Shown: positions 56,482 to 64,000 of the stretch, piece by piece
Layout of the letters: every line of letters starts with the position of its first letter
How positions within the stretch are numbered: position 1 is the stretch's first letter
The notes under the pieces: model-generated
Database searches by the model: none
What the model was told of the DNA's origin: nothing
What the model saw: only the letters and a program-made list of their open reading frames with translations
Source: Clostridia bacterium
GTDB taxonomy: Bacteria; Bacillota; Clostridia; Oscillospirales; CAG-272
Length of the DNA stretch: 64,000 nt
Reading direction: 5' to 3'
Assembly: GCA_017482055.1 (NCBI GenBank)
Contig: JAFUOH010000003.1
Location: 91,703 to 155,702 of the forward strand
Program-made: the position numbers and the translations under genes

Positions 56482-57351
56482 TTAAAGCCCTCCAAAGGTG
56501 AGTGTCAGCGCACGAGCGGTCAGTCGTGAAAGTTCGCGCACAATGGTATCGGTTTCCTTTGGTGTGACAAAGAAGCCGCGGCGGTTGCCGAGCACTTCAA
56601 GCAGACGGTCGTCGGGGTCGTCGATTCCTGCCTCTGCGAGCGCATCCAGAACCAGTGTGGCGGATTCTACGACGGTAGGCACGCCGAATGCAATGACGGG
56701 GACGCCAAGAGTTTCACAGTTTATTGCACGGCGGTGGTTGCCGATACCCGAGCCGGGGGTAATTCCTGTGCTGCCGAGCTGTACAGTGGTGGCAAGGCGG
56801 TCGGTGGAACGGGCGCACAGTGCGTCTATCGCTATGACGAGGGAGGGCTTTATCTGCTCGCAGACACCGAGCACTACCTCTGCGACCTCGATGCCTGTCT
56901 GACCGAGTACGCCGGGGGCTACGGCGGCGATCTCTCTGCCTCCGAGCAGCCCGAACAGACGGTTGTTATGTGTTTTCAGATGGCGGGTGACGGTAATGAG
57001 TCCCACGGCCTCATCTCCTAAGGCATCGGCGGTGATGCGGCGGTTGCCGAGTCCGACGATCAGTACACTGTCGGGAAGTTTACCGCACAGCTCCTCACCA
57101 AGCAGCTTCAGCTTGTCTGAGATCAGCTCGGCGGCATTTTCGAAATCTCTGTCGGAGGCAAGCCACACCTTACCGATGTCGAGCGTGATGTATTTTCCCT
57201 TGGGCTTGCCGATTCGTTCTGCGGCGGCTTCGGTCAATATCTCGACCGTTGACACGGTTACACCTCCATGCTTTTCCACTTGCTCGTGTATGTTACTGCG
57301 GTCGGCAAGGTCAAGCTCAGCGGCAAGATCCGTGCGGCGCTGACTGTTCAT
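56482..57351 (-). CDS. gpr: GPR endopeptidase (spore germination protease)
   Basis: RTDLAAELDL .. VLIVGLGNRRITADALGDEAV .. AIDALCARS are GPR hallmarks. Confidence 0.88.
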   Translation of the reverse strand: MNSQRRTDLAAELDLADRSNIHEQVEKHGGVTVSTVEILTEAAAERIGKPKGKYITLDIGKVWLASDRDFENAAELISDKLKLLGEELCGKLPDSVLIVGLGNRRITADALGDEAVGLITVTRHLKTHNNRLFGLLGGREIAAVAPGVLGQTGIEVAEVVLGVCEQIKPSLVIAIDALCARSTDRLATTVQLGSTGITPGSGIGNHRRAINCETLGVPVIAFGVPTVVESATLVLDALAEAGIDDPDDRLLEVLGNRRGFFVTPKETDTIVRELSRLTARALTLTFGGL

Positions 57352-57388
57352 ATCGGTACTCCTTTTCTTTGTTTATTTTGCTCATAAA

Positions 57389-57420
57389 AATCATTTCCAA
57401 AACCCTTTCGTTTTATGTAC
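57389..57420 (-). promoter_or_regulatory. Candidate forespore (sigma-F/G-type) promoter of gpr
   Basis: The minus strand reads GTACATA, a 15-nt spacer, then GGAAATGATT, about 35 nt upstream of the ATG. It resembles the remembered sigma-F pattern GCATR-N15-GGnnAnAnT. This is a pattern match only. Confidence 0.3.
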
Positions 57421-57508
57421 CGACGGTTTGCTGTGCTAACTTTACGGTCTAAATTGCACAAAAGTAGAGCTTGATAGTGGGGGTGTGATGGATATGATGC
57501 GAAAATTG

Positions 57509-57523
57509 TGTGCAAGATGCACA
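57509..57523. promoter_or_regulatory. Perfect 15-bp palindrome TGTGCA-AGA-TGCACA (operator-like) in the gpr / SBP divergent intergenic region
   Basis: The palindrome is read directly from the sequence. Related half-sites are TTGCACAA at 57454-61 and TTGTGCAA at 57541-48. Confidence 0.4.
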
Positions 57524-57583
57524 AAATGGATGTGCTGCAGTTGTGCAATAGTATAAATCTTTTATTTTTTTGCAATTTAGTCA

Positions 57584-57612
57584 TTGATTATGCGAGAATT
57601 TAATGGTATAAT
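57584..57612 (+). promoter_or_regulatory. Sigma-A-type promoter of the peptide-binding lipoprotein gene
   Basis: TTGATT, a 17-nt spacer, then TATAAT with a TGG extended -10. It leaves a leader of about 160 nt. Confidence 0.6.
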
Positions 57613-57772
57613 ATTATAAGTAATATCCTAATAATGTTGAGCTGTGACCGTTTTGCTTGTTTTACATACACGGGGTGTCAAAGATGCGGTAAAGCGGCGG
57701 TTCGGCGCGGCCTTATTTAGAAAAGCATAAATCTGCGATGCAGATCGTAATTTTAGGAGGATCATACAAATC

Positions 57773-59464
57773 ATGAAGAAAGTTATTTCGACTCTGTTGC
57801 TTGCCGGAATGTGCATGTCGCTTTTCGCAGGCTGCGGCTCTACTCTCAAGGAAGAAGAGAAGGGCGCTACAATCAATCTCTATATCGGCAGCGAGCTCTG
57901 CGATTTCGACCCCGCGCTCGCATTTACGGATGACAGTGCTGTAAAGGTGCTCGGTCTCGTATACGAGGGTCTTACCCGTATCAACGAAAAGGGTAAGGTC
58001 GAAAATGCTCTGATGAAGAGCTATGAGGTCTTCGAGGATGATGAAAAGGGCGAATACAGAATGGAGATCACCATCAAGGAGACCAAGTGGAGCGACGGTC
58101 GTCTGGTTTCCGCGGATGACGTTGTATACGCTTGGAAGCGTATCCTTGACCCCGAATTCTCCAACGCTGCGGCTCCGCTTCTCTTTGACATAAAGAATGC
58201 GCGTGACGTAAAGGCAGGAGACAACTCCATTGACGACCTCGGAATTGCGGCTATCGACACCGATGTCATCGAGGTACAGTTCGAGACCAAGATAGATTAC
58301 AAGCTGTTCCTTGAAAACTGTGCAAGCCTTGCACTGGTTCCCCTGCGTGAGGACATAGTTTCCAGATACAAAGAGCAAAGCTTCGGTGCTGCCTCCACCA
58401 CTATGTGTTCCAACGGTCCGTTCGCTGTTAAGGGCCTTGACGAGGGTGAGCGCCTTATGCTCGAGCGCAATGTTTACTACTACCGCGATACCGAAAACGA
58501 TGAAGCACTTGATAAGTATGTTCTTCCTTACAGACTTATTGTAAACTTTGAGAATGACGAAGAAGCTAACACCCTCGCATATGAAAACGGGGAGATATTC
58601 TACCTCGGCGAGATCGCTATGTCAAAGCGTGCCGATTACGAGAAGGAAGCTACCATCTCCGATCTGCTTTCGACCCACAGCTATATGTTCAACACCGAGA
58701 ATAAGCTCTTTACCTCTGCAGAGGTAAGACGCGGTCTCTCTATGGCGCTTGACAGAAATGCTATCGTAGACATCGTTACCTACGCTGAGCCCGCAACCGG
58801 TCTTATCCCCGGTGTTGTATATGACACTAAGATCGGCGACAGCTTCAGAGCTAACGGCGGCGATCTGATCTCTGCTTCCGCCGATGTTTCGGGCGCTAAG
58901 TCCCTTATCGGCAGCAAGACCGGCAAGTTCACCATCACCTGCCGTGACAACGCACTTGAGGTGGCTATCGCAGAATACTGCCAGGGTGTTTGGGAAGGTC
59001 TCGGATTCAACGTTTCTGTTGATGCACTTGATTATGAAGACTACAGAGAAGCATACACCACAGGCGATTACGATGTTATCGCCCTTGACTATCAGTGCAT
59101 AAGCACCGATTCCTTCGGAGCGCTTGCTGTATTCGCTCCTCTGTTCTCCGGTATGGGTATAGACATTCAGAATGACAACTATGATCCCGTTCCTTATGTT
59201 CAGGGTTATGAGAATGAAGAGTATAATGCACTTATCGAATCCGCATTTGCCGAGAAGAACAGAGCTGCACGCTCTTCCATTCTCCATGATGCTGAAGAGC
59301 TGCTGATGGAGGATATGCCTATCATCCCGCTTATCTTCAATAAGGACGCTTATGTTTACAATGATGACGTGCTTTCGGGCATTGACGATTATTACTACGG
59401 TTACAGAGATTTCAACAGACTCAATATGAAGAACTGGAGAGATTACGAAACGACCGCAGAGTAA
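57773..59464 (+). CDS. ABC-transporter substrate-binding lipoprotein, family 5 (oligopeptide/nickel-type), orphan
   Basis: Lipobox LFAGCGS. 563 aa. GLTRINEKGKVENALMKSYEV .. WSDGRLVSADDVVYAWKRILDP is the SBP_bac_5 pattern. No permease or ATPase genes lie adjacent. Confidence 0.8.
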   Translation: MKKVISTLLLAGMCMSLFAGCGSTLKEEEKGATINLYIGSELCDFDPALAFTDDSAVKVLGLVYEGLTRINEKGKVENALMKSYEVFEDDEKGEYRMEITIKETKWSDGRLVSADDVVYAWKRILDPEFSNAAAPLLFDIKNARDVKAGDNSIDDLGIAAIDTDVIEVQFETKIDYKLFLENCASLALVPLREDIVSRYKEQSFGAASTTMCSNGPFAVKGLDEGERLMLERNVYYYRDTENDEALDKYVLPYRLIVNFENDEEANTLAYENGEIFYLGEIAMSKRADYEKEATISDLLSTHSYMFNTENKLFTSAEVRRGLSMALDRNAIVDIVTYAEPATGLIPGVVYDTKIGDSFRANGGDLISASADVSGAKSLIGSKTGKFTITCRDNALEVAIAEYCQGVWEGLGFNVSVDALDYEDYREAYTTGDYDVIALDYQCISTDSFGALAVFAPLFSGMGIDIQNDNYDPVPYVQGYENEEYNALIESAFAEKNRAARSSILHDAEELLMEDMPIIPLIFNKDAYVYNDDVLSGIDDYYYGYRDFNRLNMKNWRDYETTAE

Positions 59465-59562
59465 TTTGCGTTGCCGAGACAATCTTCGAAAGTGGGCAGA
59501 TGCCGTTGGCGTTTGCCCATTTTCGCCGAATAACGAGAACGATCTTATCTATGGAGGACACC

Positions 59563-60156
59563 ATGCAGGCTCCGCTGAAAGAGAAAAACGATATAAAGAT
59601 ATTTATTCTGTATCTGCTTAAAAATATCGGTTATGCGCTGGATTTCAATACCATCAGCGATATTGTCGTACAGGATGAGTTTGTAAATTACTTCGATTTT
59701 GCCGAGTGCTTTGCCGAACTGCTTGATTCGGGGACTATCGAAATGCGCAGAGCGGGTGATGTGCGTGACACCGAGACTGCGGGCTGGGGCGGCAGCTACG
59801 AGAAGAATACCGAGCTGTACCGCATCACCGAGGACGGAGTGCGGGTAGTCGAACAGCTTCAGAGCAGTCTTCTCATTATGATCAAGGAGAAAAGTCTCAA
59901 GAGTGCGATGCGGCTGCTTTCCTTTAAAGCGCGCGGCTCGGATATTAAGTGTACAGGTAAGGAGCGCACCGACGGGAGATATGACCTGCACTGTGAGGTC
60001 ATCGAAAATCATGAGACACTGCTGTGTGTTGATCTTGTGATCGAGAGCAAGCAGCAGCTTGATAAGATGATGTATAACTTCAACGAGCGCCCCGAAGTGA
60101 TATACCGAGGTGTTGTGGCACTTCTTACAGGCGATATAAACTATCTTATAGACTGA
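59563..60156 (+). CDS. DUF4364-like (PadR/wHTH-like) protein
   Basis: The start is set to ATG 59563 after GGAGGA. DIKIFILYLLKNIGYALDFNTISDIVVQDEFVNYFDFAECFAELLDSGTIE resembles DUF4364 family N-termini, from memory. Confidence 0.5.
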   Translation: MQAPLKEKNDIKIFILYLLKNIGYALDFNTISDIVVQDEFVNYFDFAECFAELLDSGTIEMRRAGDVRDTETAGWGGSYEKNTELYRITEDGVRVVEQLQSSLLIMIKEKSLKSAMRLLSFKARGSDIKCTGKERTDGRYDLHCEVIENHETLLCVDLVIESKQQLDKMMYNFNERPEVIYRGVVALLTGDINYLID

Positions 60157-60319
60157 ATTGTGCAGACATAACGAAATTTTTGGATGAAAGTAGTGCAAAA
60201 AGCCCACGATACTTGCAAATTGCGGCAAAAACAGTGGATATTACGACAAAAACTGCGCCCGGAAACTGTACACAATGAACAAAATGCATTGAACGGGATA
60301 AAAAACTTTTAAAAAACTA

Positions 60320-60347
60320 TTGACAATATCCAAAAAAGTGATATAAT
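60320..60347 (+). promoter_or_regulatory. Sigma-A-type promoter with extended -10
   Basis: TTGACA, a 16-nt spacer, then TGATATAAT. It leaves a leader of about 160 nt before the zinc-ribbon gene. Confidence 0.65.
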
Positions 60348-60509
60348 ATTAATAGTCAATTAATATTTTGCTGTTTTTTTGAAACAGTTAAGTAACATAT
60401 GCCCGTATAGCTTAAAGAGAGCGTTGGTTGTAATTTTACTTGCAAAGGTGTCGGTTGGAATCCGTCGAGGGCAAATATTATTTTTTCTACACAAGCGAGG
60501 TATTTTCAA

Positions 60510-60785
60510 ATGTATCAGGATGAAAAATTGATCTGTAAGGATTGCGGCGAGGAATTTGTTTTCACAGCCGGCGAGCAGGAGTTCTATGCAGAAAAGGGCT
60601 TCCAGAATAAGCCCCAGAGATGCAAGGCTTGCCGTGACGCAAGAAAGAACGCCGGAAAGCCTCAGAGAGAGCTCTTCACCACCACCTGTGCAAGATGCGG
60701 CAAGGAAGCTAAGGTTCCTTTCCAGCCCAGCAACGACAGACCTGTATATTGCAGCGAATGCTATGCTGAAATGAAGCAGCAGTAA
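60510..60785 (+). CDS. Small double zinc-ribbon protein (zf-trcl-like 'probable zinc-binding domain')
   Basis: LICKDCGEEFVFTAGEQEFYAEKGFQNKPQRCKACR plus a second copy, CARCGKEAKVPFQPSNDRPVYCSECY. Confidence 0.65.
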   Translation: MYQDEKLICKDCGEEFVFTAGEQEFYAEKGFQNKPQRCKACRDARKNAGKPQRELFTTTCARCGKEAKVPFQPSNDRPVYCSECYAEMKQQ

Positions 60786-60805
60786 TTGCTAAGGTTCAAA
60801 AAAAC

Positions 60806-60837
60806 GGGGATACCGCCGACGCGGTGTCTCCTTTTTT
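60806..60837 (+). terminator. Terminator after the zinc-ribbon gene
   Basis: 11-bp stem GGGGATACCGC / GCGGTGTCTCC (with two G-U pairs) followed by TTTTTT. Confidence 0.8.
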
Positions 60838-60988
60838 GATTCGTATTGCGAAAGCATAAAAATTGTGTCGATTTTTTCAAAAAAATCGGCGCAAAGGTAT
60901 GTACAAAACGGCAAAAGTGTGTTATAATATATTGAATAGATATATTCTTAGGTCGTGGATTTTACATTTTTGTTAAATAAAGGTCGAT

Positions 60989-61831
60989 ATGTACAAGAAA
61001 AACAATAATAATTATAAGAATAACAGACCTGATCGGAAGAAGTTCGTATCCGACAGAGGTTATGCAGCGTATACTGAAGCCGCAGAGAATGAAAATGCAT
61101 CATACGCTGTCTGCGGTAGAAACGCGGTTCTGGAACTGCTTAAATCGGGCAGAGCCATTGATAAGCTATTTGTTCGCAAGGGAGACCGCGAGGGCTCGAT
61201 AACGCTGATCGTTGCTGAGGCTATTGCGCGAAAGATACCTGTCATAGAAGTGGAAAAGGCGAAGATAGACGCTCTTGCGGCAGGTGCGAACCACCAGGGT
61301 GTTGCGGCAATGGCTGCGGCAAAGGAATACGTCACTATAGATGAAATACTGGATATCGCAAAGGAACGCGGTGAAAAGCCGCTGATCGTCATCGCGGATG
61401 AGATTGCCGATCCGCACAATCTCGGTGCCATCATACGCTGTGCCGAGGGAGCGGGAGCTCACGGACTTATCATCCCGAAGCGCCATTCCACGGGACTTAC
61501 GGCGGTGGTGGACAAATCCTCCGCAGGCGCACTTGAGCATCTTGCAATAGCAAAGGTGCCGAATCTTGCGGCGGCTATTGACGAGCTTAAAGAAAAGGGT
61601 GTTTGGGTCTACGGTGCGGAGGCTGACGGAGCATCCTACTACGATACCAAGTTCGACAGTGCCACAGCGATAGTGGTCGGAAGCGAGGGGGCGGGTATCT
61701 CACGTCTCATTCGCGAAAAATGCGATTTTATGATCTCAATACCGATGTATGGTAAAGTAAATTCGTTTAATGTATCATGCGCCGCTGCGGTCATGCTTTG
61801 TGAAGCCGCACGTCAGCTGCGCGGTGAATAA
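60989..61831 (+). CDS. rlmB: 23S rRNA (guanosine-2'-O)-methyltransferase RlmB (SpoU/TrmH family)
   Basis: CGRNAVLELLKSGRAIDKLFV (substrate-binding domain), DPHNLGAIIRCAEGAGAHGLI, GSEGAGISRLIREKCD and SFNVSCAAAV are the SpoU motifs. Confidence 0.88.
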   Translation: MYKKNNNNYKNNRPDRKKFVSDRGYAAYTEAAENENASYAVCGRNAVLELLKSGRAIDKLFVRKGDREGSITLIVAEAIARKIPVIEVEKAKIDALAAGANHQGVAAMAAAKEYVTIDEILDIAKERGEKPLIVIADEIADPHNLGAIIRCAEGAGAHGLIIPKRHSTGLTAVVDKSSAGALEHLAIAKVPNLAAAIDELKEKGVWVYGAEADGASYYDTKFDSATAIVVGSEGAGISRLIREKCDFMISIPMYGKVNSFNVSCAAAVMLCEAARQLRGE

Positions 61832-61857
61832 AAATAATCTTAGAAAGGAACGACAAA

Positions 61858-64000
61858 ATGCGCAGTGATGAAAAAGGTTCAGGCATCAATCCCGGAAAGG
61901 ATATTACCGCAGGAGAGCTGCTTGAGCTTTTGAATAAGAGCATGGATCTGAAATCGGATCCCAAGGTCGTGAAAAAGGTAAACAGCGATAAGCCTCGCGG
62001 TGAAGCGCTTAAGATCGACGACAATGTTTTTGAGTCGGCGGAAAAAGAGCTACGCAACTCCGAAGCGGTAAAGGCATCGGATGATTCAGATCTCGATGTT
62101 GATGAGCTGATCGAAAAGTATATTAATCAGCCGAAACGCGAAAAGGAGCAGGCGGCAGCGAATGATACCCCGCTTGTTGATGAAAACGGCGAGGAGATTG
62201 TACAGGAGATGGAGCGCCCCGCCATTGAAGCTGTAGAGGAATCGGTGCTTCCGGATCCGACTGAGGACAGCTCGTTTGATGAGCCTGTTGCAGTCTCGGA
62301 GGCTTCCGACGAGGATGCAGATGTCAAAATTGCGGAGTCTGATCCCACCGACACGAACAGCGATAATACCGCAGAGCCCGAAGGCGAGGCAGCGGTGGAT
62401 ACCGAAAAGACCGCAGTGTTTGATATATCTCGTATCAAGCAGCTTACAGAGGACGGTGACCCCGAGGTCGAGCGTCTTGTGGATGAGGCATTTGAACGCT
62501 CCGAGACAGAGGTGTTCAAGCCGGTCACCGATGAGATGGCTGCCGAGGCAGAAGTCGGTGACGGAACTGCCGAGACCGTTTACGGTCAGAACGACGGTGA
62601 GGAGATAGATCAGACCGATCTTAACCTTATGATCGCGTTCGGCATGAACGAGGAGCTCAAGGAAACTGTCGGTGAGGAGCAGGCGCATGCCTTGGAGGAT
62701 GATATTCTTCAGAAGCATGAGGAGACCGCGCAGATGCAGTCGGTGGAAGATCAACTTGAGTTTACCTCGCGCGATCAGATCGCGGAGATACTTACGCTTT
62801 ATAAGTCCCGCTATTATACGCTTATCATGCGTATAGCAGCGGCAGTGGCACTGCTTGCGGCAATGTTCGTTATTGAGAACTTCTCAATGCTTGGACTTAC
62901 GATGCCTGCATTCATGAGACCTACCTCGTATCCGGTCGTATACGCGATGATCGATTTACAGCTCGTTGTACTTTGCGGAGTGCTTGTCGGAAAACAGGTA
63001 ATCGACGGCGTAAAGAGTATTATTTCGTTGAAGCCCACTCCCGAGAGTTTGACGGCGTTTGTCCTTATTATGTCGGTAATTTACACGTTTGTTGCCTGCT
63101 TTACCGCGCCGATGGAGGGCTTTGCGCTTTACAATCTTCCCGTGGTGTTTGCAGTTCTGCTTGCTCTGATCTACGAGTTCATGAATTTAAAGCGCGACGT
63201 GTTCAGCTTCAACGTTATTTCATCAAAGAAGAAAAAGTTTGTTGTGACTCCCGTTTCCGACGCTACTGAGTCGTTGGAGCGTGAAATATTCAACGATTAT
63301 GTCCCCGGTGATTCGCAGATCATCCGCGTTGGAAAGACCGATTTTGTTGACGGCTTCTTCGCGCGCGTAAACGGAGAGCGCATTTCAAAGCCCATAATCG
63401 GAATCACCATTCCCGTTGTTATGATCCTTGCAGTGGCATTCTTTATACTGTCCTACATCGCAAACGGCAGTATCTACACTGCATTTACAATGGCGTTCGT
63501 CACTCTGGCGGTCACCATGCCGCTTACCACCTTTGTGATCTACAGCTACCCCTTCTACAAGGCATCCAAGGATTCCTACGACAACGACAGCGCGATCATC
63601 GGAGAGTGCTCTCTCGGTGAATATTCCGGCTCCTCGGTTATTTCTTTTGAAGATAAGGAAGTGTTCCCGTCGGGCGGCGTTAAGGTCACCAGCATAAAGG
63701 TCTACGGAAATAACCGCATTGATGAGATTATATACAGTCTCGCAAGTGCGTTTATTAAAGTCGGCGGACCGCTGGCGGATGTGTTCAGTCAGGCAACACA
63801 TGATATGGGTTATTCCGAGGATGTTGAGCTGATAGAGGTCGATGACGACGGCTTTACCGTTACTATAGATGATGTTCAGGTCTATATCGGTAAGGATTCC
63901 TATATGGAAAAGAAGGACTACGAGCCTCCGTTTGACAGTGAAGCCAAGAAGCAGGAGCAGAATTCCTCGCTGGGTGTGCTGTATATCGCCTTCGGCGGTC
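61858..64000 (+). CDS. Large membrane protein, 3' end outside the window: ~300-aa acidic N-terminal extension fused to a degenerate P-type-ATPase-like body
   Basis: Frame 1 is open for 2143 nt from ATG 61858 (after AAAGGA) to the window edge. I translated it codon by codon and found no stop. It is absent from the ORF track because there is no stop codon in the window. See the findings for motif details. Confidence 0.75.
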   Translation, partial: MRSDEKGSGINPGKDITAGELLELLNKSMDLKSDPKVVKKVNSDKPRGEALKIDDNVFESAEKELRNSEAVKASDDSDLDVDELIEKYINQPKREKEQAAANDTPLVDENGEEIVQEMERPAIEAVEESVLPDPTEDSSFDEPVAVSEASDEDADVKIAESDPTDTNSDNTAEPEGEAAVDTEKTAVFDISRIKQLTEDGDPEVERLVDEAFERSETEVFKPVTDEMAAEAEVGDGTAETVYGQNDGEEIDQTDLNLMIAFGMNEELKETVGEEQAHALEDDILQKHEETAQMQSVEDQLEFTSRDQIAEILTLYKSRYYTLIMRIAAAVALLAAMFVIENFSMLGLTMPAFMRPTSYPVVYAMIDLQLVVLCGVLVGKQVIDGVKSIISLKPTPESLTAFVLIMSVIYTFVACFTAPMEGFALYNLPVVFAVLLALIYEFMNLKRDVFSFNVISSKKKKFVVTPVSDATESLEREIFNDYVPGDSQIIRVGKTDFVDGFFARVNGERISKPIIGITIPVVMILAVAFFILSYIANGSIYTAFTMAFVTLAVTMPLTTFVIYSYPFYKASKDSYDNDSAIIGECSLGEYSGSSVISFEDKEVFPSGGVKVTSIKVYGNNRIDEIIYSLASAFIKVGGPLADVFSQATHDMGYSEDVELIEVDDDGFTVTIDDVQVYIGKDSYMEKKDYEPPFDSEAKKQEQNSSLGVLYIAFGG

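Noticed and set aside
57713-59482. Minus-strand ORFs 57713..58378 (221 aa) and 58622..59482 (286 aa)
   Set aside because: They are antisense to the family-5 substrate-binding lipoprotein gene.
62086-63801. Minus-strand ORFs 62086..62754 (222 aa), 62127..62528, 62814..63038 and 63385..63801, and plus-strand 62276..62608 and 62973..63269
   Set aside because: All are shadows of the 2.1-kb frame-1 ORF, which is open to the window end and has coherent domain structure.
1-64000. Search by eye for rRNA, tRNA, CRISPR arrays, transposases, integrases and prophage genes
   Set aside because: I saw no direct-repeat/spacer arrays, no tRNA-like cloverleaf regions in the intergenic spaces, and no DDE or tyrosine/serine recombinase-like ORFs. 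Small tRNAs could still be missed without a tRNAscan-type search.

Overview
This 64-kb window looks like chromosomal DNA from an endospore-forming Clostridia-class Firmicute. The evidence is a complete spoIIIAA-AH operon, spoIIP-gpr, a SleB-type cortex hydrolase, and Firmicute gene order. The layout, left to right, is as follows. (1) 1-7 kb: a carbohydrate-utilisation cluster with two AraC regulators, a GH2 enzyme, an esterase, and a cytoplasmic BNR/sialidase-like protein coupled to an HpcH-type aldolase. (2) 7-14.5 kb: housekeeping genes (SleB-like hydrolase, proS, ComEC-type MBL protein, tex, pseudouridine synthase, rplS). (3) 14.6-17.9 kb: an uncharacterised VTC-like / DUF4956-like / beta-helix lipoprotein cassette. 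(4) 17.9-25.8 kb: a decayed SGNH-hydrolase pseudogene, an 820-aa membrane-anchored glycosidase-like protein, a DUF218 protein, a methyltransferase, a CPBP protease, yajC, a TIGR04086-like membrane protein, and a truncated SCIFF-maturase-like protein with no radical-SAM core. (5) 26-30.8 kb: spoIIIAA-AH. (6) 30.8-34.1 kb: a GH78 rhamnosidase and a membrane protein. (7) 34.3-50.6 kb: the S10-spc-alpha ribosomal supercluster, rpsJ to rplQ. The ORF track misses three of its genes: rpmD, rpmJ, and an infA with no canonical start codon. (8) 50.6-53.2 kb: an AT-rich islet with a degenerate RadC/JAB protein and three unknown membrane proteins. (9) 53.2-61.8 kb: type II pantothenate kinase plus HAD phosphatase, a 187-nt imperfect palindrome, spoIIP, gpr, an orphan peptide-binding lipoprotein, a DUF4364-like protein, a zinc-ribbon protein and rlmB. 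(10) 61.9-64 kb: a long ORF open to the window end, absent from the ORF track, that looks like a degenerate P-type ATPase with an acidic N-terminal extension. I saw no rRNA, tRNA, CRISPR array, transposase or integrase. All family assignments come from reading the translations and recalling motifs; no searches were run.
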